62,581 bases of DNA, taken from IMG/VR virus record IMGVR_UViG_3300045988_172680; one strand, written 5' to 3'. Position 1 is the stretch's first letter; each line of letters starts with the position of its first letter. This stretch comes from a virus. Under the pieces are notes generated by a model. The model saw only the letters and a program-made list of their open reading frames with translations. It was not told the DNA's origin and searched no databases. Below, piece by piece: positions 47,188 through 56,627 of the stretch. The position numbers and the translations under genes are program-made.

Positions 47188-47627
47188 TGAACGTATTGGA
47201 TGTTAAGACACAAGAGTCTTTGTCCCGTGTTTTGCGTAAAGTGAAGACTTCTGACAAGGATTACGAAGTCTTCAAGAAGACCTTTATGCGTGTCGTGGAG
47301 ATGCTTGGACTCACTCAGTACGAGTACACTTTCACGAAGCTCAAGAACTGCGACGACGATGCCGGTGTCACGTTTGAAAAGTTCGGTCCAGGGTGCATCG
47401 TCCATCTGGCGGATGAAGTATCCTCGTTCATCCATAAGCGCGGGATGAAGTCCCTGGCCGTTCATGAGGCGCTGCATGTGCTTCTTCGCCCTTATGATGT
47501 ATGGCTTTTCCCTGCAGACGGCGAAGAAATCCTTACCGGTTCCGAGCAGCACACGATTCGTATGCAGACCATTCATGGCACTATCCAGCGTCTCGTTCCT
47601 GTCATACTCGCCAGTCTGGAGGAGTAA
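47187..47627 (+). CDS. HExxH-motif protein, possible SprT-like zinc metallopeptidase (146 aa)
   Basis: AVHEALHVLL carries an HExxH motif. TAATG overlap with the upstream stop. Confidence 0.3.
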   Translation: MNVLDVKTQESLSRVLRKVKTSDKDYEVFKKTFMRVVEMLGLTQYEYTFTKLKNCDDDAGVTFEKFGPGCIVHLADEVSSFIHKRGMKSLAVHEALHVLLRPYDVWLFPADGEEILTGSEQHTIRMQTIHGTIQRLVPVILASLEE

Positions 47628-47633
47628 ATTACG

Positions 47634-47837
47634 ATGAGTTGGAAATTCGCAGTCAAGGTTATGGCAGGCCCGAAGACATATATCATCGAGGCCGAAAATT
47701 ATGAGGAAGCATTTGCCAAGGCGCGTGATATGCTGCCTGACGAATGGAAGCGTCTTGATGACGATGACATCGACATGGAAGCGCGTAGTGTCAGTGAAGC
47801 TGACTTTGTTGATGGAAAATATCTGGAGAGATACTGA
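47634..47837 (+). CDS. Hypothetical acidic small protein (67 aa)
   Basis: ORF in a low-GC stretch. Confidence 0.35.
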   Translation: MSWKFAVKVMAGPKTYIIEAENYEEAFAKARDMLPDEWKRLDDDDIDMEARSVSEADFVDGKYLERY

Positions 47838-48000
47838 TGCCTAAGTACAAAGTTCTTATTTCTCCGAACTCTATTCTCAACGAAGAAGAGTATGAAATCG
47901 AAGCCGAAAGTGAAGATATGGCTAAAGATTTTGCTGCCGAGAAGTATTTGCGGGACAGGGCTTCCAGTATGGAATTCGATTTCGAAGTGGAGGAAATATG
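47837..48000 (+). CDS. Hypothetical small protein (54 aa)
   Basis: ATGA overlap with the previous stop. Below the track's minimum length cutoff; read directly from the sequence. Confidence 0.3.
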
Positions 48001-48234
48001 AAAATCTTCATCATCGTCCCGCTCGATTTCAAATTTTCTACGCTGTCTACTGTCGGGCAGCAGTTTGAAAAGGTGGAGCGGGAAGGGCTCAAGCGCCCGC
48101 GTCGAAGCAGGAACCCGCCTGTGGCGCGGCTCGTTAGAGCCGCTACCGATAGGAATCCCCCGACTTTAGGCGGGGGAGGATGTCAAGTGATACAGCGTCT
48201 CGTAGGCGCCATGCTGTGAACAAAGGAGACGACT

Positions 48235-48420
48235 ATGCCCGAAGAAAAGAAGATGACCAAGAAAGCTGCCGGGTGGAAGAAGCATGCCAGGATTGAAGCA
48301 TGTACGACATGCAAGCACTACCGCCGCTTGGGAAATTATGGTGAGAAGCCTACCTGCAACAAGTTCGGTTTTCGTACCGTAGGCTTCGCCATCTGCGACC
48401 ACTTCGAGATGGACGTGTAA
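48235..48420 (+). CDS. Zinc-ribbon small protein (61 aa)
   Basis: RBS AAGGAGACGACT. Two CxxC-type pairs (CTTC...CNKF...CDHF). Confidence 0.4.
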   Translation: MPEEKKMTKKAAGWKKHARIEACTTCKHYRRLGNYGEKPTCNKFGFRTVGFAICDHFEMDV

Positions 48421-48553
48421 GGGATACTCGACACATATTTAGGGAGGTGATGTGTTATGTTTACGCCGGATACTATCGGTCGTACATAGGGAGTGGGGGG
48501 AGCGCATCCACGAAAACACGCTATACAGAAAGAACTGGATGAGTTGTGAACGA

Positions 48554-48582
48554 AGCCCCCGCTCGTGCGGGGGCTTTTTGTT
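48554..48582 (+). terminator. Rho-independent terminator
   Basis: AGCCCCCGC, loop TCGT, GCGGGGGCT followed by TTTTGTT. Confidence 0.7.
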
Positions 48583-48796
48583 CTAGTCGCCGATGTACAT
48601 GACTGCGGCCAGGGCGTAGTACGGCGGAAGGGAGCGTTCCACAGAGACAGCCCCTTCAATGGGGTGAGTATGGGGCTGGGAACCGTCTGTGGCATCCGTT
48701 ATGGACACTCGGTATTATCCCTTGTATAGTCGTTTTATGTAAGTAAATCCTGGCGTGTTGGGTGTTTCGTCTGGTAACTGTATAAGGGGTGTAAAT

Positions 48797-49198
48797 ATGG
48801 ATTCTTTTTATGTCGCAAGTGATTACGTGGATATGACGCCGGAACCGGCCTCCCTTTCCATGCATATCGAACTTGCCAAAAATGACTGTAACGGCAGCAC
48901 TCCCAAATATTTCGTTGATTTGGGTACTGTCACTACGCCTGTTCTTGCTGCTGGACAGGAGTGGCGTCAGAATGACTACGACTTCCATGCTCACCATACC
49001 GAAGAAGACTGCCGCCATGGTATGCGTGTGACGTACAAGGGTAAGCAGTACACGGCATATTATGCTTCGCGTCCCGGGTATGCGCCGTACCAGTATGACC
49101 TGGTTACTGATGATGGGACTAAGGTGCATCTCACGGCGTTTAGCGACAAGGGGTGGATTAAGGGCCGCCCGCTGGTCATCACACGCGGAAAAGTGTAA
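48797..49198 (+). CDS. Hypothetical protein (about 133 aa)
   Basis: Start trimmed to the ATG with an AAGGGG RBS. Confidence 0.35.
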   Translation: MDSFYVASDYVDMTPEPASLSMHIELAKNDCNGSTPKYFVDLGTVTTPVLAAGQEWRQNDYDFHAHHTEEDCRHGMRVTYKGKQYTAYYASRPGYAPYQYDLVTDDGTKVHLTAFSDKGWIKGRPLVITRGKV

Positions 49199-49210
49199 AA
49201 GGAGGTTTAT

Positions 49211-49612
49211 ATGTTCCGTTATTTCTTCATTGTCGTGGCCCTCACGGCCAGTCTGGTGGGCTGCGCGGCCCAGGATGAAATCCCGCTCACGGCATATAAA
49301 ACGCTGGAGACCAGCGCCATCACCTACGACACGGTGATGACTGCTGCCAGTGACATGCATTCGCAGGGCAAACTCCAGGATGATGACTGGGAGAAACTCA
49401 AGGATGCCGCCCTGGTGTATTACGATGCTTACCAGGTGACGGTCAGCGGTCTTCTGACCTATATGCGGGCTTCTGAGGGGCTTTCGTCCCCGGGTGCTAT
49501 GGAACGCGACAATCTCAAGGCTCTTGTCGATAAGATGACCAAGGACCTGCAAGAACTTCTCAAGGCCGCCATCGACCTCGGTGTCGATGTGAAGGAGGTC
49601 AGCCATGAGTAA
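49211..49612 (+). CDS. Lipoprotein (signal peptide plus LVGC lipobox), possible lysis-associated spanin component
   Basis: MFRYFFIVVALTASLVGCAAQ. Immediately upstream of the endolysin. Confidence 0.45.
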   Translation: MFRYFFIVVALTASLVGCAAQDEIPLTAYKTLETSAITYDTVMTAASDMHSQGKLQDDDWEKLKDAALVYYDAYQVTVSGLLTYMRASEGLSSPGAMERDNLKALVDKMTKDLQELLKAAIDLGVDVKEVSHE

Positions 49613-49771
49613 CTCCATCGACATCAAACTGGTGCTGCAAATTCTTGAGCTGGTTTCCGTCTACGGGCTCCCTGCGGTGCAAGCCATCATCGAAACATGG
49701 AAAAAGGATTCCGTGACTATCGAAGATGTTGAACAGCTCAAAGCATTGCTGAAGCATCCTGACGAATATTG
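49604..49771 (+). CDS. Small protein (55 aa) overlapping the lipoprotein gene's 3' end
   Basis: ATGA overlap. Below the track cutoff; read directly. Confidence 0.25.
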
Positions 49772-49881
49772 ACACCGGGGACACCCGGTTGTAGTAAGAC
49801 AAAAGAGCGGGCGAGTGCGTCTTTCCGGTAGGATACCCCTGGAAAGCGCGCCGTCCGCTTTTTTCTAGGAGGTTGCCCGTT

Positions 49882-50370
49882 ATGCGATATGGACCTATTC
49901 CCGGGGCCCCGAATTTCACCTATGAAGAGCTCCTGCACTCGGACACTGCGGTGCGTGAGGGTATCCAGAATATTCCCGATGACCCGGATGTTTGGGACAA
50001 TATGGAGTATCTGGCAAGAACTGTCCTGCAGCCTGTGCGAGACCGGTTCGGTCCTATTCGGGTGACTTCCGGGTATCGTAGTTCCGCATTGAATAAAGCG
50101 ATTCCAGGCTCTTCCAAAACCTCCCATCATTGTTCTGGTGCGGCTGCTGACATCGAGCCGGTGTCGGCGGATGTATCGCTGCGGGACATCTTCGCTTTTA
50201 TCGCTGAAAATCTGCCTTTCACTGAACTCATCGCAGAGAATCTCCCTGGAGGGTGGATTCATGTGGCCATTGTGCGCGGGCGTGAAGATGAGCGGGCTGT
50301 GAAATTCAAGCGCGTGGGTGGTCTGGTTCGTCGGTCCAGCTACGGCGAAGTCATGGCCATGTCGTGGTAA
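49882..50370 (+). CDS. Peptidase M15 family endolysin (L-alanyl-D-glutamate peptidase-like)
   Basis: Motifs SGYRS...SSKTSHHCSGAAADIE...WIHVA. RBS AGGAGG. Confidence 0.65.
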   Translation: MRYGPIPGAPNFTYEELLHSDTAVREGIQNIPDDPDVWDNMEYLARTVLQPVRDRFGPIRVTSGYRSSALNKAIPGSSKTSHHCSGAAADIEPVSADVSLRDIFAFIAENLPFTELIAENLPGGWIHVAIVRGREDERAVKFKRVGGLVRRSSYGEVMAMSW

Positions 50371-50377
50371 ACAAACT

Positions 50378-50941
50378 ATGTCCGGTCCGCAACTTATGAG
50401 TATCCCTCCTGTTTCTCCTGACACCATCACAGGGCGCAGTAGTACCTATTTGAATCTGCTTGTTGAGTTGTGGCCGCTCATTGCAGGCGCCTTCGTCATT
50501 GCTATGTACCAGGGTTGGCATGGCGTGAAGCGCAGCTATCTACATCGAGATTTTTGCAGCGTTTTTTTCAATATCCTGTTTTCCAGCGCATTTATGGCTA
50601 TTGTGGCCGTAGGCGTGACATTGTGCCTACCTCTTTTTGGTCTTACACGGTCTCCTGAAACGGACCTCGGCGTCACGATTTTTCTCTCTGCTGGGGGTAT
50701 GAAAGCTGTTGACGCACTTATACGGTGGAAATCTGGGTATAAATTCATCGACATGATGGACGAAGCAGACATTAACGAGCTGCGTAAAAAGATGACGCCA
50801 GCGCAGCGTGAGCAGCATAAACAGCAATGCCCTTTCCAGTCTGACTGTGCCCGATGCATGATGACTTGTTGCGGGTGTAAAGGAGACACCAATGGCGACG
50901 AAACCTATGAAGCGCCCCATTGTTCGCGACGCGGCGAATAA
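50378..50941 (+). CDS. Holin-like membrane protein (three TM segments, Cys-rich C-terminus)
   Basis: TM segments LLVELWPLIAGAFVIAMY, FFNILFSSAFMAIVAVGVTLCLPLF and GVTIFLSAGGM. Directly downstream of the endolysin. Confidence 0.4.
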   Translation: MSGPQLMSIPPVSPDTITGRSSTYLNLLVELWPLIAGAFVIAMYQGWHGVKRSYLHRDFCSVFFNILFSSAFMAIVAVGVTLCLPLFGLTRSPETDLGVTIFLSAGGMKAVDALIRWKSGYKFIDMMDEADINELRKKMTPAQREQHKQQCPFQSDCARCMMTCCGCKGDTNGDETYEAPHCSRRGE

Positions 50942-52433
50942 GCAATTCACAGAACTTCCTGATGGGCAGTTCGTCGACGTATCGGCCATCCCTTTGGATG
51001 GTGCGGATTCTTCTGGGGCCCCGAATCTGCTGAAACACGCCCCTGATGGACTGGCTGTTTATGCCAGTGATTGTATTTCCTCTGAAAAGGGGAATGCTTT
51101 GGAAGTGCGTGGGGGCAAGATGTATGTCCCCGATATGTCCGCTACGGCTGATGTGCTCATTTCCAAAGATGACGGAAACAAGCTGAAGCTCGGTAGCGAC
51201 AACGGGCTGTTTGTTTCCCAGACCGTTGTCTCTGTGGATACTGATAACCTGGTCACGGTCGGAAGTGATGGCGGGGCGAAGCTCACGCCTAACGACATGT
51301 TGTCCAATGGACACACCAATCTGTTGACCATCGACCCTGTCGACAGAAAGATCATTCTGACCAAGGAAAACATCCAGGACAATCTCCCCGTCATCTCTCA
51401 GGATGAGGGGAACCTGGTACATCCCGGTTCTGACAAGGGCGTGTACCTGTCCATGGATGACCTCTTGAATCGGGACGATGCTATCCTGTACGAAGACAAG
51501 GACGGGCGCATTTCCTCCGGGCTCTCGCTGGCGTATTCGCCTGACACCGGCAAGCTCGACATTCTGGGCCATGATGGTCAGACTGTGATTTCCACGGTCC
51601 GCGTCCCCGGAGCAAGTTCTTCGCTCAAGGGTGTTTACCTCGTGGTTGGTATGCCCAGTGAGAGCGGTGAGGACATCGAGGGCGACTACCATTTTTCGCT
51701 CATGTTTGCCCAGGCCGATGGCGTCTGGGGCGACCCTGTCCCGGCCACGGTGCGGACGCATAAAAGCGCAGCCGTGTCGACCAGTATCGAGTCTGTGGCG
51801 GGCATGGGTGCTGTCCGGGTTCGCGGTATTTTCAACGGGCAGACGGCAGAGCAGTTTTTCATCGACGGTACCGCAGCACTCCAGTTTGCTGACGGCACCC
51901 GTATTGTCGTGACGCCGGAGGCCACGCGGCTTGAAGTCATTTTCGAGCCTGGAGTTGGGCTCATTCCGGGAACTTATCTGGTCTTCGTGTATGCACTGGC
52001 TGTCGGTACTGTGCAGGACGTTTATGTGGATGTGTCGGCTCTTGTCGACATCTACAGGGCCGGGTGTGGTATTGACATCAGCGCCAGCCGGGAAGTGTCT
52101 GTGAAGCTCCATCCCGAGGGGGCTATCAAGTGTGACCCTGTGGGCGGTATCGGCGTCTCTCCCGGTGCCGGTCTGGCGCTCAAGGACAACAACCTTGTTC
52201 TTGACCTGGGTACGGGCGAAGACAGTCCTGTCGTGATTAACCCCGACGGTTCCATCGGGATTGACTGTTCCAAGTTGCTTTCCGCTGACAGTGATAACGT
52301 GCTTCGCCTTGGCTCGGACAAGAAGCTCAAGGTCGTTGTCGTGTCTGCGGATAAGGACAACCTTCTGGTGTCTGGCTCGGACAAGGGCGCCTATACGCCC
52401 ATGGACCGTGGGGATATGCCGGCTACTGTGTAG
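50892..52433 (+). CDS. Tail fibre protein (513 aa)
   Basis: RBS AAAGGAGACACC. Beta-rich with repeated SDxxN(L/V)...GSDxxL motifs. Paralogous to the next gene (EGDYHFSLMFAQADGVWGDPV against EGDYHLTLIFRDQNGAWSDAV). Confidence 0.55.
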   Translation: MATKPMKRPIVRDAANKQFTELPDGQFVDVSAIPLDGADSSGAPNLLKHAPDGLAVYASDCISSEKGNALEVRGGKMYVPDMSATADVLISKDDGNKLKLGSDNGLFVSQTVVSVDTDNLVTVGSDGGAKLTPNDMLSNGHTNLLTIDPVDRKIILTKENIQDNLPVISQDEGNLVHPGSDKGVYLSMDDLLNRDDAILYEDKDGRISSGLSLAYSPDTGKLDILGHDGQTVISTVRVPGASSSLKGVYLVVGMPSESGEDIEGDYHFSLMFAQADGVWGDPVPATVRTHKSAAVSTSIESVAGMGAVRVRGIFNGQTAEQFFIDGTAALQFADGTRIVVTPEATRLEVIFEPGVGLIPGTYLVFVYALAVGTVQDVYVDVSALVDIYRAGCGIDISASREVSVKLHPEGAIKCDPVGGIGVSPGAGLALKDNNLVLDLGTGEDSPVVINPDGSIGIDCSKLLSADSDNVLRLGSDKKLKVVVVSADKDNLLVSGSDKGAYTPMDRGDMPATV

Positions 52434-52501
52434 TGCGGCCACCTGAGTAACATTGATACGGCCTGGACATAGTGCCCGGGCCTCAAACTATGGAGTGATT
52501 T

Positions 52502-53860
52502 ATGGCTCGCAAAACTCCCGACGCTATCCAGCAGTATCGTGGTACGACTGCGCAGCACGCCGCGTACACCGGCAAAGTCGGCGAACTGACTGTCGATACC
52601 GATAAGAAGGTTGTGGTCGTCCACGACGGTTCCACTGCCGGTGGTATTCCTATGGCCCGCGAAGACCGCAAGGTCACTGGCGACACCCACCTGAAAGTGA
52701 ACGGTTCCACCGAGGGCACTCTCGCTGGTGACGTGACGCTCACTGTGGACATGACTTCCCTGGCTACCGACCTGGTGTCCACCGACGCCAACAACGGTCT
52801 GTCCGTCGGTTCCGACAGTAAGCTGTATGCTAAGGCCCCTGACGCCGATCTCATCATCCGTGCCGGTGACAAGATTCTGCATGATGCCGACGGCAAGGTC
52901 GCCGCTGACCTCAGCATGACCTACGACCAGCCCTCCGGTAAGCTGAAACTCATCGGCCATGACGGTTCCACCGAAGTCGCCAACGTGACCATCCCGTCCA
53001 GCACTTCCGTGCTCAAGGGTGTGGAACTGACGAACGGTAAGCCTGATGCTGGCGGTGAAGAGGTCGAAGGTGACTACCACCTGACCCTGATTTTCCGTGA
53101 CCAGAACGGCGCCTGGTCTGATGCTGTGGGTGTCCAGGTGACGACCACCAAGGGTTCCGCCGGTAGCGCCGAATATTCCACTGAGCTGGCCGAAGGCGGC
53201 ACCTCGGTCGCTGCTGTGCGTGCTGTGTTCAACGGCGACGACAAGACCGTGGAAGGTGGTTCCAGCCCGGCCACGGTGACGTTCGATGACACGTCGTCCG
53301 CCTCTGTCCCGTTCGCTGTCAGCGGTACCACGGTCAGCGGCACTGTCAGCTTCACGCCCCAGGTGGGCCTGAAATCCGGTGTGTACCTGCACTTCATCTG
53401 GGCCCTGTCCGATGGTTCCGTGGCCGACACCTATGTGGATGTCACCGACCTCGTGGATGTGTACACCGCCGGTCAGGGTATCACCATCGCCGGTCATACC
53501 ATCTCTGCCAAGCTGGGTACCGGTATCAAGTTCGACGAAAGCGGCAACATCGTGGTGGACTTCACCAACACGATTTCTTCCGACGCTGACAACGCTATCA
53601 AGGCCGGTGCCGACGGCAAGCTGTCCGTGAAGGTCGTGTCTGCTGATGCCGGTAACGTCATCAAGACCGGTACTGACAAGGGTGCGCTGCTGACTGAAAA
53701 TGACCTCAAGACCCCGGTCGAAAGTATCGTCACTGATATGGTTACCAACCCGGAAGGTTCTCTGGGCTGCTCCATGATTTCCGCTACTGCGGGCAATCAG
53801 ATTCAGTGCGACAATGGCAAGCTGATGGTCTATTCCGACTACGGCACCATGGACGCCTAA
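52502..53860 (+). CDS. Tail fibre protein (452 aa)
   Basis: The N-terminal IQQYRGTTAQHAAYTGKVGELTVDTDKKVVVVHDGSTAGG is a conserved phage tail-fibre N-terminal motif. Paralog of 50892. Confidence 0.6.
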   Translation: MARKTPDAIQQYRGTTAQHAAYTGKVGELTVDTDKKVVVVHDGSTAGGIPMAREDRKVTGDTHLKVNGSTEGTLAGDVTLTVDMTSLATDLVSTDANNGLSVGSDSKLYAKAPDADLIIRAGDKILHDADGKVAADLSMTYDQPSGKLKLIGHDGSTEVANVTIPSSTSVLKGVELTNGKPDAGGEEVEGDYHLTLIFRDQNGAWSDAVGVQVTTTKGSAGSAEYSTELAEGGTSVAAVRAVFNGDDKTVEGGSSPATVTFDDTSSASVPFAVSGTTVSGTVSFTPQVGLKSGVYLHFIWALSDGSVADTYVDVTDLVDVYTAGQGITIAGHTISAKLGTGIKFDESGNIVVDFTNTISSDADNAIKAGADGKLSVKVVSADAGNVIKTGTDKGALLTENDLKTPVESIVTDMVTNPEGSLGCSMISATAGNQIQCDNGKLMVYSDYGTMDA

Positions 53861-53977
53861 GCGTTTTCATCGAGGGTCCAGCCCTAGAATCACCCTGGCT
53901 GGACCCTCTTGTTCGAGAGGGTAGTTTTCTATACGTCCCCTCCTAACGCAGTATGTAAAGAGGTAGGTATAACACAT

Positions 53978-54544
53978 ATGGCGAGAAACAACTCCAGTCC
54001 TATCCAGCAGTTCAGGGGGACGACTGCCCAGCACAAAACATACAAGGGCCTCCCCGGTGAGCTCACCGTCGATACGGATAAGAATGTCGTTGTCGTCCAT
54101 GACGGTTCGACTGCTGGTGGTCATCCCCTGGCCAGTGCTAATGCATTGAAGGTCGCGTATGACAAGGCCGTTGAGGCAAAAGATACTGCTGATGCAGCTC
54201 TCCCCAAAGCCGGTGGAACCCTGACCGGGGCTGTTGTAGAAAACCTTCTTCCTCTCTCGGGCACGTCTGTATCTCTCGACCTGACAGCCACCAATAACTT
54301 CACCCATAACGTGACGTCTGATACCACATTCACGGTCATGGCCAATACCGGCAACTCCTTTCAACTCGGAACTCTTGTTCTGACCAATGGTGGTGCGCAT
54401 AATGTAACGTGGCCGTCCTCTTTCAAATGGGCTGGCGGAACGCCTCCGTTGCTTATGGCGAGCGGTATCGACGTGATAACCTTCTTTACCATTGATGGCG
54501 GCAAGACGTATTACGCAGTGCAAGCCATGACGGGGATAGCCTAA
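53978..54544 (+). CDS. Short tail fibre/collar-like protein (about 188 aa)
   Basis: The same N-terminal motif (IQQFRGTTAQHKTYKGLPGELTVDTDKNVVVVHDGSTAGG). Start trimmed to the ATG. Confidence 0.5.
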   Translation: MARNNSSPIQQFRGTTAQHKTYKGLPGELTVDTDKNVVVVHDGSTAGGHPLASANALKVAYDKAVEAKDTADAALPKAGGTLTGAVVENLLPLSGTSVSLDLTATNNFTHNVTSDTTFTVMANTGNSFQLGTLVLTNGGAHNVTWPSSFKWAGGTPPLLMASGIDVITFFTIDGGKTYYAVQAMTGIA

Positions 54545-55275
54545 TGCTCGGAAGACATCTAGTACGATTTACGGCTGCTGAGTATAAACCGCTATCAGAA
54601 TACATACCATCAGACATACCGGATAGTTATTATGTGGTTGTATCTGATGATGAATTATTGATAAGAAAATCCTTCAGTATGGAGTTACCACCAGCTAAAT
54701 ATTTTTTTGCTGGATGCGGTGGGGGTGGAAACTCTGGTGGGAATGGAGACCGTGGCTGGAATAAGGTTCGTGGTGGTGGGGGTGGTGGTTCGTCTCCGTT
54801 AGTAAAGAAAGATAACTATGTAATAAACACAGAAAAATTATTTTCTTTCACTGTCGGTAACAATACACAGCAAACAGCAATTGCTATAGGTAGGAATCAA
54901 ATACTAGTAGCGTCTGCTGGTCCAAGCGGATCGAACGAGACGCCGGGCGCTGGTGGTGGTTATGGCGTAACTAGCGGAAACCGTGGCGGTGACGGAACGA
55001 CATATATTTCTGGTTTGCCGGGCGGGGGAACTCAAGGAACCTATTCTGATACTGGTGGTGGTGGAGGCGGTGCCGGAAGTCAGTTTCCGTATGTAATCGA
55101 AGTCGGAAAAACTGTAAAAGCACAAAATGGTTCTGGTATAAGGCCATCCAACGGTTATGGTGGTACTGGCTTTGGAGCTGGTGGTGGTGGTACACATGGG
55201 TGCTATGCTTACAATTGCGCAGGAAAGGTTAGTGCCGGCGCTCCGGGCGCTATATATATAAAACGGTACAAGTAG
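54544..55275 (+). CDS. Glycine-rich tail fibre-tip-like protein (243 aa), low-GC gene
   Basis: Runs of GGGG(N/S)GG and G-x-G repeats. Local GC is markedly lower than the genome (about 35-45% by eye). Confidence 0.45.
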   Translation: MLGRHLVRFTAAEYKPLSEYIPSDIPDSYYVVVSDDELLIRKSFSMELPPAKYFFAGCGGGGNSGGNGDRGWNKVRGGGGGGSSPLVKKDNYVINTEKLFSFTVGNNTQQTAIAIGRNQILVASAGPSGSNETPGAGGGYGVTSGNRGGDGTTYISGLPGGGTQGTYSDTGGGGGGAGSQFPYVIEVGKTVKAQNGSGIRPSNGYGGTGFGAGGGGTHGCYAYNCAGKVSAGAPGAIYIKRYK

Positions 55276-55283
55276 GTGACTAA

Positions 55284-56231
55284 ATGATATATTACAATCC
55301 AGCTACGAAAGAAACACTGTCTTACAAAGATGTGTGTTTGCTCTACAATACATCGTTTTCCGCCGCGTCCGAAGTTCTGGCCGAAACCTGGCATAAGGTT
55401 CACGAGACAGACTTCCCTGCCCCCGAAGACGGATACCGTTTTGAGCCCGGAGAAGTAGCCCTTGTTGACGGGAAGTACGTCAAAACGTGGAAAAAGGTTC
55501 CCCTGACTGCTGCAGAGATACAAAACGAGGCTCTGACTACTGCCAGTTCTCTTCTGAATCCGCGCTTGGTCAGGTCGTATGTCCAGACCGCGACATTTGG
55601 GACGGCTGAACTTGCCCTGTTTGTTAAAGCTGGGATGTTCGTCGAATGGGCACCTGACACACAATACAACAAGGGCGCACGACTGGTGTGCGACGGTATC
55701 GTCTATGAAGTCCAACATGATGTACTGTCCGTCGAAGCCCAGCCCCCGTTTGCTGAAGGTATGCGTACCGTGTACCTTCCGCTCTATACGGACAGCAACA
55801 ATCCGCAGCATGTAGAACCGACACTGGATGAAGTCAAAGCCCGCAAAGTCGCCACCATCGACGTCGAGACCTCTTCCGCCATCATGGCTGGGTTCGAGTG
55901 CGAGGCCGCCCCGCCGGATACCGGCACGCCTGAGTTGCTGCACTTCTCGTACGACGAGTTCGACCAGCAGAACTTCGCCGACGCGGCTGTGTCCATGCAG
56001 CTCGCACCGGCCAGCGATGGCGGTATCCCCACAACCACGCCCTGGAATGCCTACCGTAACCACACGGTGGACAGCAAGGGCGATTTGGTGATTTTGCAAC
56101 TGACCGCCGAGACCTTCCTTCCCATCTACGCGGCTGCGTTGAACCACAAGGCGACGAAAATGGCTGAGGGCGGGCAGCGTAAGGCAGCCGTGGCTGTCGC
56201 GCAGACCGTGGAAGAGGTAGAGGCTGTCTGA
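55284..56231 (+). CDS. Tail fibre assembly-like protein (DUF4376-like)
   Basis: The N-terminal MIYYNPATKETLSYKD is typical of tail fibre assembly or chaperone proteins. Follows the fibre genes. Confidence 0.4.
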   Translation: MIYYNPATKETLSYKDVCLLYNTSFSAASEVLAETWHKVHETDFPAPEDGYRFEPGEVALVDGKYVKTWKKVPLTAAEIQNEALTTASSLLNPRLVRSYVQTATFGTAELALFVKAGMFVEWAPDTQYNKGARLVCDGIVYEVQHDVLSVEAQPPFAEGMRTVYLPLYTDSNNPQHVEPTLDEVKARKVATIDVETSSAIMAGFECEAAPPDTGTPELLHFSYDEFDQQNFADAAVSMQLAPASDGGIPTTTPWNAYRNHTVDSKGDLVILQLTAETFLPIYAAALNHKATKMAEGGQRKAAVAVAQTVEEVEAV

Positions 56232-56494
56232 TGTCCGGTTACTTCCACAACCTGCTCGTGGCTTGTGACCAGTTCCTCAATACCCTGTTGGGCGGCTGGC
56301 CTGATGAGACACTGAGTTCCCGCTGCTGGCGCTGGCACAAAGACGGCGTGCGCTCCTGGCCCTGCCGTCTCATCGACATACTGTTCTGGTGGGACAAAGA
56401 ACAGCGCGGCGGGACATTCATTCGTCACTGCGAGTTGAGTTGGGAGAGCGAACGCGACGGGCGACAGTTACCGCCACACTGTCTTCGTAAGTGA
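56231..56494 (+). CDS. Hypothetical Trp/Cys-rich protein (87 aa)
   Basis: ATGA overlap with the upstream stop. Confidence 0.3.
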   Translation: MSGYFHNLLVACDQFLNTLLGGWPDETLSSRCWRWHKDGVRSWPCRLIDILFWWDKEQRGGTFIRHCELSWESERDGRQLPPHCLRK

Positions 56495-56581
56495 ATGGAA
56501 TGGTGAATCAGTCCTATGTGGCGGCCCTCGTTCGCTTCACTGCGTAAATTAGCGGATTTCCCGCTGATTACATAAGCCTGC

Positions 56582-56610
56582 AAGGGGAGGCGTATGCCTC
56601 CCCTTTTTAT
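56582..56610 (+). terminator. Rho-independent terminator
   Basis: AAGGGGAGGC, loop GTAT, GCCTCCCCT followed by TTTTTAT. Confidence 0.65.
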
Positions 56611-56627
56611 CTTGGAGACTCAGCACC

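Noticed and set aside
47998-48219. ORF 47998..48219 (73 aa) as a gene
   Set aside because: Its 3' half runs through two strong hairpins and GC-rich structured sequence just upstream of the zinc-ribbon gene's RBS. It may be a short gene ending earlier or a structured leader. Not annotated.
50892-54544. Diversity-generating retroelement targeting the tail-fibre C-termini
   Set aside because: No reverse transcriptase (no YxDD-containing ORF) and no obvious TR/VR repeat pair noticed.
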